Virus record (IMG/VR): IMGVR_UViG_3300047678_000431
Location: 1-64,000 of that record
Length of the DNA stretch: 64,000 nucleotides
Direction: 5' to 3' (one strand)
DNA from: a virus
Positions within the stretch are counted from its first letter, which is position 1; each line of letters starts with the position of its first letter. The translations under genes were made by a program, and so were the position numbers. Of this stretch, positions 26,803-36,639 are shown in pieces. The notes under the pieces are model-generated. The model did no database searches and was not told where the DNA came from. It was given only the letters and a program-made list of their open reading frames with translations.

Positions 26803-27756
26803 ATGGCGGACCTCTATGAAACGACCTTGCGGCTCGCGTGGACGAAGGATGAAGATACCCTTCTTCTCCTGGCCGCAAAGTCGTTACCGCGCAAAGATCT
26901 TGCGACGCTTTTTGAAAATCGGACGTTTGGGGCGTGCATTTCCCGATTGCAAAAGCTCAAGCACGGCGATCCGAAGCCGACTTCACGATGGTCGGCGGAT
27001 GAGCAATCTATTCTGATCGAATCATATACGCACGGGGGCATTCAGGCCGCAAAATCGGCCCTTCCCGGCCGGTCGGCGTGGTCGATACAGTGCCGCCTGA
27101 CTGCGCTACATTTGTACGAGAAAGTCCCGCCCGTGCCGAAAGAAGACCTCTGGACGATCGAGGAAGACATCGCGATCTCGATCGGATATAATACCGGCGG
27201 TTCGCGTGGGGCGCGGGAAGCGGTACCACACCGGACGCCCGGTGCGGTATCCGCGCGCATATCACTGCTCAAATCGCGCGGCGTGACGATCAAATACGCC
27301 ATGCACGCCCCGATTGAACACGTCGACGTATCGGTCGCCGTATCAGATCCTAAACCTGACGCGCCTACGATTGAAGATCCGCCGACCGAGCCAGGTTCGG
27401 TTCTGTATGATCTTCGCCGGAATCAACCCGCGACGAAATATCACGTATGGCGATCAGCTGCGCAGCCCGCTCGAGTGCCTCATGAGAATGATGCCGATCC
27501 GCAAGATCTTCCCGTCGAACGTGAGCCGCTTGCGGAATCGGGTCAGTCGAGCGTTATTGATCGCCTATCCGATCCGCGATGCGCGGAACACATGGAATAT
27601 ATTCGACGTCGATTGCAGTATCTGATCAGTTCGCTCGCCGTCCAACTCGATTGGCGGCCGGTCGTGATCGCGCGCGCGGTTCAGGTGATTGCGGCGCGGA
27701 ATTTCCGCCAAGAGATCCCGATCCTTGACCGAAAAGCGTCGATCGAGAACCGTTAA
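26803..27756 (+). CDS. protein with three Myb/SANT-like repeats
   Basis: WTKDEDTLL...NRT, WSADEQSIL...GRS, WTIEEDIAI...HRT. Confidence 0.7.
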   Translation: MADLYETTLRLAWTKDEDTLLLLAAKSLPRKDLATLFENRTFGACISRLQKLKHGDPKPTSRWSADEQSILIESYTHGGIQAAKSALPGRSAWSIQCRLTALHLYEKVPPVPKEDLWTIEEDIAISIGYNTGGSRGAREAVPHRTPGAVSARISLLKSRGVTIKYAMHAPIEHVDVSVAVSDPKPDAPTIEDPPTEPGSVLYDLRRNQPATKYHVWRSAAQPARVPHENDADPQDLPVEREPLAESGQSSVIDRLSDPRCAEHMEYIRRRLQYLISSLAVQLDWRPVVIARAVQVIAARNFRQEIPILDRKASIENR

Positions 27757-27950
27757 GGATTCCTTGACAGTTGCCGCTCGGCGCGCTTCTTCTCGCGTGA
27801 TCGTTTTCTGCGCGCGGCGCCCTTCTTGGAACACTCGGCGCAATACCCGCTCGGCGTGGTCGCCGGAACCTGGCAACAGTCACGGCAATGGCCTTTTTCC
27901 TCGGCTTTTGCGCGGTACACCCTCTGATGGATTGCTTGTTTTCCTGGCAT
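27753..27950 (-). CDS. basic zinc-finger protein
   Basis: GHCRDC...YCAEC; GGGGGAG RBS; paralog-like to 3955-4188. Confidence 0.65.
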   Translation of the reverse strand: MPGKQAIHQRVYRAKAEEKGHCRDCCQVPATTPSGYCAECSKKGAARRKRSREKKRAERQLSRNP

Positions 27951-28011
27951 AACTCCCCCGATCCGTCGATTGCCTGCTCCTATTGTACGCCTCGGAGAGA
28001 ATGGATGCAAT

Positions 28012-28281
28012 TCATCGACCGTCAATCTTCAGACAAAAGGACGGCCGACGACGCGAACTCACGCAACTCGAATCGGACGCCGGGGCTTGCCCCAAAGACG
28101 GCCGCAACTGTTCAAAGATCTTTTCGCCGAGTGATCGACTCGTGACGATGACCGGGGACGGGCCGCCGAGGCCAAGATCAAAAGCGGGGATACCTTCTCC
28201 GAGTTTGGGATCGACCGCGATGATCGCATAGAGTTTTTTGGCACTCTGGCCGGGTTGAATGCCGTCGAGGGGCGAGGTCAT
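28012..28281 (-). CDS. hypothetical protein, possibly frameshifted near the 3' end
   Basis: LYAIIAVDPKLGEGIPAF N-terminus; an alternative frame gives GVRFELREFASSAVLLSED*. Confidence 0.5.
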   Translation of the reverse strand: MTSPLDGIQPGQSAKKLYAIIAVDPKLGEGIPAFDLGLGGPSPVIVTSRSLGEKIFEQLRPSLGQAPASDSSCVSSRRRPSFCLKIDGR

Positions 28282-28634
28282 GGGTGAAGATATTCCTTTC
28301 GCGCGTCGCCGTTTGGTCGGCGTCGATGCGTCGTCGGGTTTCGATGCCATCCGTCGGGCTCGCGTTGTTCAGGGTAATTCCACGTATTCAGGGCGACGAG
28401 GGCCTTAAAGACGTTCGCATAGTCGAACATATCATCGTAAACGCCCCATGTGGTCCCGGGGCGTACCACGCAAAGGCGCGCAACGTCGTAGGACATTGAT
28501 TCGATATAGAGTACCGTACCGTCGGCGAACTCGCGCGAGGCGACCGATTGCGGCACGATTCCAGGCGTTTGCAGGATGGACCCGTCGTCGAGCGTCTCGC
28601 GCTCACCGGGTTCTTTCTCTCCCCACGCTACCAC
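28278..28634 (-). CDS. conserved hypothetical phage protein
   Basis: YDDMFDY...EPDGWHRNPTTHRRRPNGD motif. Confidence 0.7.
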   Translation of the reverse strand: MVAWGEKEPGERETLDDGSILQTPGIVPQSVASREFADGTVLYIESMSYDVARLCVVRPGTTWGVYDDMFDYANVFKALVALNTWNYPEQREPDGWHRNPTTHRRRPNGDARKEYLHP

Positions 28635-29122
28635 GAGACGGTGAAGATCTTCTTGCCGAGATGCGCATCGAGAAACGCCGCAACGTTTGTCACCTGGGCG
28701 ACGCTATACATGCTCGATCCGTGTGGTTGATTAAAGGCGGCGAGAATTTGATTTCGCAATTCCGGCGTGAGTTCGGGATGAGGATAGTCGGGAATGAGGT
28801 CGTGAATTCGCTGTACGGGCGCCGGGATGAAGGCGCTTTCTTGGTCCTCTTCGTTTTCGAAAAGGGCTGATTTTAACCAAGAGACTTCCCCGACCCATAC
28901 GCTCGGCGTTTCCGCAAACTTCTTGAATGTATCAAGATCGTCTCGGGCACCTGTCGAGAGAATATGCAACCGGTTGGTTCGATTTAACATCTCTTGAGGT
29001 GAATCATTCGGCGTGCCGAGCCCGCAGAAGTAATGCGATCCGAGTGAATTCCCGAGAAAGAGAAGAAAGTCGTCTTCGGTTAGATCTTCGGTTACGACGT
29101 GAATGTGGAGATCGGCGGACAT
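28628..29122 (-). CDS. hypothetical protein
   Basis: MSADLHIHV...TPSVWVGEVSWLK...FTVSW. Confidence 0.7.
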   Translation of the reverse strand: MSADLHIHVVTEDLTEDDFLLFLGNSLGSHYFCGLGTPNDSPQEMLNRTNRLHILSTGARDDLDTFKKFAETPSVWVGEVSWLKSALFENEEDQESAFIPAPVQRIHDLIPDYPHPELTPELRNQILAAFNQPHGSSMYSVAQVTNVAAFLDAHLGKKIFTVSW

Positions 29123-29178
29123 ATGCAACCGGCCTTTCGTCGATGGGATCAAGATCCTTGCGCCCGTCGGTCCTGTTT

Positions 29179-29763
29179 CTAGAAGTCTCCGGGGGCGACT
29201 TGGCAACAGAGAAACCCTTGCGATCTCCAAAGATCGACAACGGAATCCCGATCGTCAAAAAAACAGAGGATGCGATCGCGATCCTCGGTGAGCATATTGT
29301 TCAACCATTCGCGTTTGATCTCTACGTCCGGGCGAAAATCTTTGTGATCGCGCATCATAAACAGATCGAAATGAATGTCGTGCATTGCTAACCAGGCAAG
29401 CGTTTGCGACTTGACCTCATCACTTCGCCCCGACCATATCCAAACCTCGACGCCTTGACGTTTGAGGATATGGAAGATTTCAATGAGTTTGATATTCGGG
29501 GTATCGCGCGTGTATGCGAGGTAGAAATTGCTCCATCGCGTGTCGTCATCGACGCCTTCTTCATCAAGGAGATGTCTACGATGCGTGACATCCGCGAGCG
29601 TGCCGTCGAGATCAAAGATGACGATCGGTCGACGTAATCCTTGGCAATCATAATGATTCGGGATTGATTGTTTCGCAGCGATCTTGAGAAGATCTCGCTC
29701 ATGACGCAAGAGATTTAACTCGTTTCGGAGTCGGGCGTTCTCATCTTTAAGGGGTTCAATCAT
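29179..29763 (-). CDS. HAD-family phosphatase (T4 PseT/PNKP phosphatase-domain type)
   Basis: IFDLDGTL, SGR, MR...D.RPD..IK, FDDR, QVAPGDF. Confidence 0.9.
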   Translation of the reverse strand: MIEPLKDENARLRNELNLLRHERDLLKIAAKQSIPNHYDCQGLRRPIVIFDLDGTLADVTHRRHLLDEEGVDDDTRWSNFYLAYTRDTPNIKLIEIFHILKRQGVEVWIWSGRSDEVKSQTLAWLAMHDIHFDLFMMRDHKDFRPDVEIKREWLNNMLTEDRDRILCFFDDRDSVVDLWRSQGFLCCQVAPGDF

Positions 29764-30031
29764 TCGAAAGATTCCTTTCGCATTGTTCAAGAATCTCGTC
29801 GATAGTTAAACACGTTTCGTTTGGCCCTGCGCGATTGAATTTCACGTATGACGCATCATCGCAATCGACTGCACTTGTGCCTTTCTCAATTACCCTCGCG
29901 ATTCGAGGATCAGTTGAATACGGCGGGGGCGTCCATCTCTTGCATGAAACGGGAGCGTCGCAGATTGACGACCATTCTAATAGATATGACCGGCCGTCGG
30001 AGTGCGTCAGATGAACGAGGGTTCTACCCAT
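29756..30031 (-). CDS. conserved hypothetical phage protein
   Basis: LEWSSICDAPV...NRAGPNETCLTIDEI. Confidence 0.65.
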   Translation of the reverse strand: MGRTLVHLTHSDGRSYLLEWSSICDAPVSCKRWTPPPYSTDPRIARVIEKGTSAVDCDDASYVKFNRAGPNETCLTIDEILEQCERNLSND

Positions 30032-30464
30032 TCGATTCGCGCATTCTCTTTGAAATTTCTCGCTCGATATACCATCGAGCCTTTTGCAAGTCTTCGATGT
30101 CCTTGCCTTTTTCGTCAGCGCGCCAGATATATTTGATCGCATTTCCGATATTGAATCCCATATGTTCTGTAATGTCGATGCATTCAACGCCGCTCGGATG
30201 CGTATTGTAATGCTTCGGATGATGGATTTTCTCACCCTCGGGATTGCATCGGTGCGCTTCATGTGAATCGTACCCGGCGCCGCACTCATCGCATCGTTTG
30301 GTAGTTAACGGAGAAACTCTATTTGACTTTTGCGCATCTTTGATCGGCGGCTTCCGAATCGAATCAAAGTACTCTTCGCAATTATGATCATTTTCCAAAA
30401 CAGAGACGTAAGGTCCGCCGCACCTCATGCATCGCACGGCGCCTTTGACGAATGCTTCAGTCAT
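30024..30464 (-). CDS. DUF3310 (T7 gp1.7 nucleotide-kinase-like) protein with N-terminal Zn ribbons
   Basis: IHHPKHY...VECIDI...FNIGNAIKYIWRA..KG...EDLQKARWYI. Confidence 0.85.
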   Translation of the reverse strand: MTEAFVKGAVRCMRCGGPYVSVLENDHNCEEYFDSIRKPPIKDAQKSNRVSPLTTKRCDECGAGYDSHEAHRCNPEGEKIHHPKHYNTHPSGVECIDITEHMGFNIGNAIKYIWRADEKGKDIEDLQKARWYIEREISKRMRESNG

Positions 30465-30898
30465 AGCGGCAAATCACCCCGTTTCTGTTTCTCATTGATC
30501 GCCTCAACGTATTCATCTATCTGCCTTTGCAAGATCGAGGCGCTGGCTAACTCGAGCGCATACATGACCAAGGTCGCCATGAAGAAAAATGCAAGGGCTA
30601 ATCCGCCTTGAGATTTCACAATGTCGCTTGCGTGTGCAAAAGCCGTTCCGAGGCCCGCGATCGCAATCGTGATCAGGTACATCACCCCCGTCATCGCGCC
30701 ATTACGAAGCCGGTTGCGCCATTCTTCGAAGAGATGGCCGGACGAGAGGGCGCTCGTCCGTTCGAGGAGCTTGACCTGTGGGAAAAGTGAGCAAAACGCC
30801 TGCGAGACATCGGCCGGAAAGAAATATGCTCTTTGCCCGAGTTCGCGCAGGCGAGCGGCCTCCTCGTCGCCGTCGACGGTCGGATCGAGGTTGCGCAT
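30461..30898 (-). CDS. membrane protein (2 TM)
   Basis: Two hydrophobic helices; GGAG before ATG 30898. Confidence 0.6.
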   Translation of the reverse strand: MRNLDPTVDGDEEAARLRELGQRAYFFPADVSQAFCSLFPQVKLLERTSALSSGHLFEEWRNRLRNGAMTGVMYLITIAIAGLGTAFAHASDIVKSQGGLALAFFFMATLVMYALELASASILQRQIDEYVEAINEKQKRGDLPL

Positions 30899-31063
30899 GC
30901 TCCAACATTTCCGAAATCGGTCTTGAAATAAGAGAACCGGCTTCGCGAAATTCCTACCGTGCATAAAAAATGCGCGAAAGGGAAGCTATTGAAACGCGAG
31001 GCGCGCCCGTGTACGATTGTATCCGTGAGAATTCCCGAACGGGTATTCCCCGCATGGCGGCCG

Positions 31064-31504
31064 TCAAAACGGGATCTCCCCGTCAATCTCATCGTCGCTC
31101 GGTTGGTATTGCGACGCATACTCGCTCGCGGTTGCATGCTCACGATGTCCCTGATCGTAACTCGATCCTCCCGCTGACCCGCTTTCTTTGCGGTCGAGCA
31201 TTTGCATCGTGTCGATGACGATCTCGGTTGCCTTGCGTTTGTTTCCGTCTTTATCTTCGTAGTTACGGATGACCAGGCGCCCCTCGACGAGAACGCTCGA
31301 TCCTTTTTTCAGATACGTGTTGCACGTCTCGGCGAGTTTTTCCCAAGCCGTAATGTCAATGTATGTCGTTTCGTCGCCGTTTTTCGTGCGGCGATTGACG
31401 GCAAGGGTAAACTTTACGACCCCGGCGCCTGACTGCACGTACCGAATTTCGGGATCACGCGTGAGGTTACCGACCAAGATGACGCGGTTGAAACTTCCGG
31501 CCAT
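31064..31504 (-). CDS. ssb: single-stranded DNA-binding protein
   Basis: NRVILVGNLTRDPEIRY...KKGSSVLVEGRL...acidic tail ending EIPF. Confidence 0.97.
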   Translation of the reverse strand: MAGSFNRVILVGNLTRDPEIRYVQSGAGVVKFTLAVNRRTKNGDETTYIDITAWEKLAETCNTYLKKGSSVLVEGRLVIRNYEDKDGNKRKATEIVIDTMQMLDRKESGSAGGSSYDQGHREHATASEYASQYQPSDDEIDGEIPF

Positions 31505-31806
31505 TATCCGTTTTTCTCCAATTTCTCCGGCATGCCGCGAAATACGCGGACCCCTTGCTCGTCTTCTAGGCGAATAAGTACGGCGTCCCGTTGCATGCCG
31601 CGCGCCTTGATTGTAATACCGACAACGCCGTCCGCGTTTGGGATCTCCACGAGGTCGATCTCGATACGATGGCGGTCGCCGCCCTGGTCGCGAAAGCTAA
31701 ACTCGGCGCTTGATTTCTCGTGCGAGTGAATGACGGAGGTCGACAAGTCGATCTCGGTCGGACCCGCGACGGTGATATATTTCGGCTCGCTCGTATCGGT
31801 ACCCAT
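31504..31806 (-). CDS. hypothetical protein
   Basis: AAGGAG RBS; TAATG coupling to ssb. Confidence 0.7.
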   Translation of the reverse strand: MGTDTSEPKYITVAGPTEIDLSTSVIHSHEKSSAEFSFRDQGGDRHRIEIDLVEIPNADGVVGITIKARGMQRDAVLIRLEDEQGVRVFRGMPEKLEKNG

Positions 31807-31857
31807 GCCGCTCCTTTAGGTCTTCGGGGATGTTAAGTTTTACATCGGCGAAATTCT

Positions 31858-32139
31858 TTAGACCATGAGCGATGCGCGCGTTTTTTTTCCGATTACACGA
31901 GGCGCATCGCTCTCGTGCATCGCCTGAAGTTCGACGTCCTCGATACAGTATTGCAGACTCTCCGGGCGACCGGATTTTGCATATTCGGCCTGAAGCTCCC
32001 TTGCTTGCCGGACAACCTGCGGCGGGTAGCGCCGCTCGGCAATTTGATCCGGCTTAGGCGAAGACCGCGCGATCTCATAGCTCGCGAATCCAAGACCCCC
32101 GATTCCGACTGAACCTGCGAACAAGGCGAATACACGCAC
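31858..32139 (-). CDS. membrane-anchored hypothetical protein
   Basis: GTG start after GAGG; N-terminal TM. Confidence 0.5.
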   Translation of the reverse strand: MRVFALFAGSVGIGGLGFASYEIARSSPKPDQIAERRYPPQVVRQARELQAEYAKSGRPESLQYCIEDVELQAMHESDAPRVIGKKTRASLMV

Positions 32140-32223
32140 GAAACGAGCCCTCGTTTGATAAGTAGGCGCCGCAGCACATTGCGCGTTTTTTATGCACTTT
32201 ACCTCTAGGCATCCGAGGTTTTC

Positions 32224-32967
32224 ATGAGATCGTACGGCGTCAAGTCTCGGGACTTTCATACCGAGCGTTTTGGCCTTTTCGTCCCGGATCGTCCGGCCGT
32301 CGGATTACTCCCGACGACGGTTGAATATCAATATCTCTTTTCGCCCGTTGACGATCAAGGCGATTTTTCCAGTTGTATTTTCCACGCGAGCAAAGGCATT
32401 CTCGACGCGATCATTCGGAAGCGATCGAAGGTCGATCCGGGTGTATCTTGGCGCGCGTTATATTCCGCAACGAAGCATCTGTTCGAATCGAATGATCTTG
32501 CCGATGACGGTGCGGTTATCGAACACGGCCTCAATTTGCTCATGCAATACGGATACGTCGAAGAATCCGCGTGGACCGATGTCGACGTCACCCCCGACAA
32601 TGTGTTGACTCCGGTGCCCGATGATCTCTTCGTGAAAACCGATACGGTCACAAGTATTCTTCGCGTCGGTATCAACGAAGAAAGCTTTTGTCACGCGTTA
32701 TATGGTCACGGCCCGATTATCATCGGCGTGAATTGGCCGAGTGCGTGGGAATTTCCAACCGATGCGAGCGGCATTCTTGATCCGAATGTCTCCGACATTG
32801 CGGGCGGTCATTGTGTCGTCATCACCGGGTATCGCCGACAGTCGAACGTCACGTATTATCACATTCGCAATTCGTGGGGCACTGCATGGGGTGATCGCGG
32901 TTATGGGTGGATGCCCGCAAGCGGACTCGGGTTCGTCACAAACGCCTACACCGTTCAAATTCCCTAG
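32224..32967 (+). CDS. papain-like (C1) cysteine peptidase
   Basis: DQGDFSSC (Gln/Cys), GGHCV (His), RNSWG..WGDRGYGW (Asn); GAGG RBS. Confidence 0.9.
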   Translation: MRSYGVKSRDFHTERFGLFVPDRPAVGLLPTTVEYQYLFSPVDDQGDFSSCIFHASKGILDAIIRKRSKVDPGVSWRALYSATKHLFESNDLADDGAVIEHGLNLLMQYGYVEESAWTDVDVTPDNVLTPVPDDLFVKTDTVTSILRVGINEESFCHALYGHGPIIIGVNWPSAWEFPTDASGILDPNVSDIAGGHCVVITGYRRQSNVTYYHIRNSWGTAWGDRGYGWMPASGLGFVTNAYTVQIP

Positions 32968-32984
32968 CACGAAGGAGCGCCGCG

Positions 32985-34721
32985 ATGCCGTCATTGATTT
33001 CCTCAATACAAAAAAGCGTCGCGCGCATCCTCGCCGGTCCCGACATTAACATTCCGCGTAAAGGTGCGATCTCTCCGGTTTCAATCAAACAAGATCGTCA
33101 GTTTATGGACGGCGGTCGGATCGAGCCGCGCAACATCATTGCGCGCAATAACCTGCAATCGCTTGCCGAGCGTGATGATGTGATCGTCGCCCTTCGCCGC
33201 GTGTTGCGCAACGGTATCGGAAATCTCAAATGGCACATAGTCCCCGATATTGACGCAATCGAAGCCGACATCAAGCGATGGAAATCGACCGTTGCGCTGA
33301 ACCTTGCCATGCCGGGCATGCACATGACGTTTCATCCGCAGGCGATGACGCATGAGTTTTATGCTGGTGCAACCGGTGAGTTGCGCGATCTTCTCGTTTC
33401 TGAAGCTGAAACAGGTGCCGAGTTCGAAACCTCGACGCGATTGCATCAATTTTTCGAAAACATTCTCGCCGCGCATAGCGTGATCGCGGAAAGTCACGTC
33501 GCCGAGGTGAAGTCCCTCTTCGATAAACCGAACGCAAATGACACCTGGAGAAGTTTCATTTCGCGGGTTGTTGATCAGTTGTCGCTCTTCGATGCCGCTG
33601 CAATCGTGAAGAATCCGATGATGAACGAAGATCGCATCGGTGAGATCTATCTTCTGCCCGGCGAAGACGTGCGCGTCTATCGTCGGCGCGATCTTCTCCA
33701 ACCGATTCCGCCCTTTACGGCGTTTGATTGGTCGGTCAATGATCGGATCTTCGCGTATTTCAATGCGTTTGAAATGTGCTATATTACCGCGAACCCGCAG
33801 CAGAACGGATACGGGAAACCGCCGCTTGAGGCGCTCGTACAACAAATGCTCGGATCAATTTCCGGTGATCAGTATCTTCTCGAATTCTTCGCAAATAATA
33901 ACATGCCCGCCGGTATCTTTGACCTCGGCCCGAACGTTGATCAAGGTGAACGAGACGCAGTCGAAACGCACGTGAACAATCAAGCGCGCAAAGGTTTGCG
34001 GCGCATTATGTTCGTGTCGAACATGGATGGCGTCAAGGGATTTATGCCCATGCCGCAGCAGCCGATGAAAGATAATGACATCGTCAACATGTTCGACATG
34101 TGGACGAAGCGAAAAGCTGCCGTCTTTGGGCTTTCTCCGAATGACATCGGACATACGCAAGATATGCATCTTGCAAATGCGGATAATCAAGCCGAACTGA
34201 CGCAATCTCGCGGCATTGATTCGATCGCCAAAGCAATCGAGAACGAACTCAATGTCCATATCGTCAAAGGTACGATGTGGCGCCGTAATAATCCCGAAGA
34301 CGTCAATGATCCGACCGGTATTCCGATGCCGGTCTTTCCCTTTCAAGACGTACGATTCGAATTTATTACCGGCGAGAAGGATGAGAACGCCGATCTCTCT
34401 GATCGTGATCTCAAACTTTGGGGCATGGGCGCCCTGTCGACAAACGAGATTCGCAAGTCGCATGGATTGCCGCCGGTCCCCGGCGGTGATACGCATGTCG
34501 TCAATCAGCAGGTGACGATGAAAGTCGATGACCTGCCGAATCTTCCCGCGCCGACGCAAATGGACACTGAGGTCCGCTTGCCCGATGGCCGCGAGCGTGA
34601 TGAACGTCCAGGCGCAAACGCGCAGCAAAACGAGCAAAGACCGCCGACGCCGTCACCGGAACAGGCGGAAAAAAACCTTACCGCGTTAGCTCATAAGCTC
34701 GCGCAGATCGTCAAAGGGTGA
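32985..34721 (+). CDS. portal protein
   Basis: KPN...W..F, YGKPPLE, FF.NNNMPAGI, AVFGLSP..IG, STNEIRK..GLPPVPGGD; first in the head module. Confidence 0.9.
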   Translation: MPSLISSIQKSVARILAGPDINIPRKGAISPVSIKQDRQFMDGGRIEPRNIIARNNLQSLAERDDVIVALRRVLRNGIGNLKWHIVPDIDAIEADIKRWKSTVALNLAMPGMHMTFHPQAMTHEFYAGATGELRDLLVSEAETGAEFETSTRLHQFFENILAAHSVIAESHVAEVKSLFDKPNANDTWRSFISRVVDQLSLFDAAAIVKNPMMNEDRIGEIYLLPGEDVRVYRRRDLLQPIPPFTAFDWSVNDRIFAYFNAFEMCYITANPQQNGYGKPPLEALVQQMLGSISGDQYLLEFFANNNMPAGIFDLGPNVDQGERDAVETHVNNQARKGLRRIMFVSNMDGVKGFMPMPQQPMKDNDIVNMFDMWTKRKAAVFGLSPNDIGHTQDMHLANADNQAELTQSRGIDSIAKAIENELNVHIVKGTMWRRNNPEDVNDPTGIPMPVFPFQDVRFEFITGEKDENADLSDRDLKLWGMGALSTNEIRKSHGLPPVPGGDTHVVNQQVTMKVDDLPNLPAPTQMDTEVRLPDGRERDERPGANAQQNEQRPPTPSPEQAEKNLTALAHKLAQIVKG

Positions 34722-34725
34722 AAAC

Positions 34726-35052
34726 ATGGCTAATACTTGGAACGTTGCGGCAAACGGGGCCGTCACACTCAACGGAACCGCAATTCCGAACACGTATTTC
34801 GTCAAGGTCGCCCTTGAATGGAATACCGAGTTGAGCAAGATCGAAACGTATATTGAAGTCGAGGCCCCGAACGTTTCGGAAGACAATGCGATCGACCAAG
34901 TCCTTGCGGTCTTGCCCGGATCGCCGACGTACGCTTCACTCGGCGGATACACGCCGCGCACTCTGTATCGTTCGGCGCTTGGCGATACGATCTCGCTTGC
35001 CGCGATTAGTGTCGTGCAGCAGAATACGCGCCCGGATAAGCTCGGCGTATAA
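34726..35052 (+). CDS. hypothetical protein
   Basis: Directly after portal; RBS-like AAGGG. Confidence 0.65.
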   Translation: MANTWNVAANGAVTLNGTAIPNTYFVKVALEWNTELSKIETYIEVEAPNVSEDNAIDQVLAVLPGSPTYASLGGYTPRTLYRSALGDTISLAAISVVQQNTRPDKLGV

Positions 35053-35137
35053 ACAACGTGCTGCCCCTCGAGTTTCGGCGAGGCGCGGCGGCTCGGAGAA
35101 CGCGCAGCGGCGGTGCCTCCTGCGTCCCCTGACGCGT

Positions 35138-35187
35138 GGTCGCGATCGCCGTCGCTTCTCCGGTGATCGCGACCTTTCTCTCTCTTT
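35138..35187 (+). terminator. terminator-like hairpin
   Basis: GGTCGCGATCGCCG-9nt-CGGTGATCGCGACC plus a pyrimidine tract. Confidence 0.55.
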
Positions 35188-35196
35188 CGAGGCGCT

Positions 35197-36090
35197 ATGC
35201 ATACACTCGAATTCGACCTCGGCATGATTGCGATTAAGAGTCGCAAGCCGGTTCGCGAAGTCATCAAAGCGTTGCAAGATCACTGGAATCTTCCGCGATA
35301 CGCCCCAAACCTGCGCAAGGCGGCGGGGGATGACGACGGTTCGAGTACGGCTGGAAATCATGACATCCCGGAGATCGGACGACAAGAGGCCGCTTTTTAT
35401 AACGCTCTCACCGCCGGTCAAAAAGAGGCGTATGCCGCCATCCGGGAACTTGTCAATCGTTTGCATGAAAGCAAGGGCGGATGGGCCGGGATTAACCCCT
35501 GGGACATCGACGAACCGATTGATCAGTGGAAAGACAACGCATTTTATGAACTCGCAACGCATCCGATGCGTGCGTATATGGTCGGTCAGATGCTTGCGAC
35601 CGATGCAATCGACAATGGCCTCGCGCGGCCAGTTTTGCCGACCGACACGCAAGCGATCGAATTCTTAAATTCATATGCGTTCAACGAGATTCAATCGGCA
35701 TTCGATAACATGAAGTCGGATCTTCGCAACGCGCTCATTCAGGGGATGCAACGCGGGGACAACCCGCGCGAGGTTACGCGTGCGCTTCATGACACGATCA
35801 GCGGATACGAAATCGACTGGGATCTCATCGCAATCACCGAAACCGCGCGCGCCGAGAGTCAAGGCCGACTTAACGAACTTACCGATCAAGGTTATGAGTA
35901 CGCAATCGGATCAAGTGCGCACGACTCGCGCACCTGCGAAGATTGTTTGCGCCTGGTCAACGATGTGGTCGTCGATGTGAAAGATACTGTCGGCGTTTCA
36001 AATTATGGGCGCAAAAAAGCTGACTGGGTGACATGCATACCGCTACATCCGCGATGCCGTTGCGTATGGCTCCCCTACTCGCAACCGTGA
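35197..36090 (+). CDS. head morphogenesis protein (SPP1 gp7 / Mu gpF family)
   Basis: IAITETARA, DSRTCEDC, IPLHPRCRC. Confidence 0.9.
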   Translation: MHTLEFDLGMIAIKSRKPVREVIKALQDHWNLPRYAPNLRKAAGDDDGSSTAGNHDIPEIGRQEAAFYNALTAGQKEAYAAIRELVNRLHESKGGWAGINPWDIDEPIDQWKDNAFYELATHPMRAYMVGQMLATDAIDNGLARPVLPTDTQAIEFLNSYAFNEIQSAFDNMKSDLRNALIQGMQRGDNPREVTRALHDTISGYEIDWDLIAITETARAESQGRLNELTDQGYEYAIGSSAHDSRTCEDCLRLVNDVVVDVKDTVGVSNYGRKKADWVTCIPLHPRCRCVWLPYSQP

Positions 36091-36098
36091 GGAATACA

Positions 36099-36614
36099 AT
36101 GCCAACACTTTTAGAAGTTTTACAGCCGAACCCGACGGCGGCGGACATTATGATCAAGGCACGCACGGTCGGCGAACTCGTTTTGAAATCAGAAGACGAA
36201 GTTTCGATTGATAGCGGAACCGGCGGTCATGACATGCCGAACGGGTCGTATGAACGAGCGATCTCCCTCGCCGGTGGCCCGACGATCAAGGCAACGCCTT
36301 GCCCGAGCAGTCAATCCGGCCCGTATTACGACGATTATTCGCCGAATGGCGCATACCATTCGCCGCACGTCGTCGGCACGTTCCCTGATCATACGATCGT
36401 CGGATGCGACGCGTGCGATCGGTACTGGAAAGTGCCCTATGAAATCAAAGATGACGAGGGTCGTGCGACCGTGATGACGGGTGAGCCCGAGGCGCGCGTC
36501 CGCGCATTTATGGACCCCGCCGCTGCGAAGGACGCCCTTTCCGATCCGCCATTTAACCCGGCATCTGCCGTCGACGATCCGACCCCGTCCGCCGAGGGCG
36601 GCGAAACCGTATAA
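36099..36614 (+). CDS. head-module hypothetical protein
   Basis: GAGGA RBS; acidic; YWKVPYEI.DD...GEP. Confidence 0.6.
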   Translation: MPTLLEVLQPNPTAADIMIKARTVGELVLKSEDEVSIDSGTGGHDMPNGSYERAISLAGGPTIKATPCPSSQSGPYYDDYSPNGAYHSPHVVGTFPDHTIVGCDACDRYWKVPYEIKDDEGRATVMTGEPEARVRAFMDPAAAKDALSDPPFNPASAVDDPTPSAEGGETV

Positions 36615-36639
36615 CCGCTCTCACGAAGGGGACTTTGCA

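Noticed and set aside
35053-35137. GC-rich spacer or 24-aa GTG ORF between head genes as an ncRNA or leader peptide
   Set aside because: No RBS, no recognisable RNA family, and pairing is expected at this GC content.
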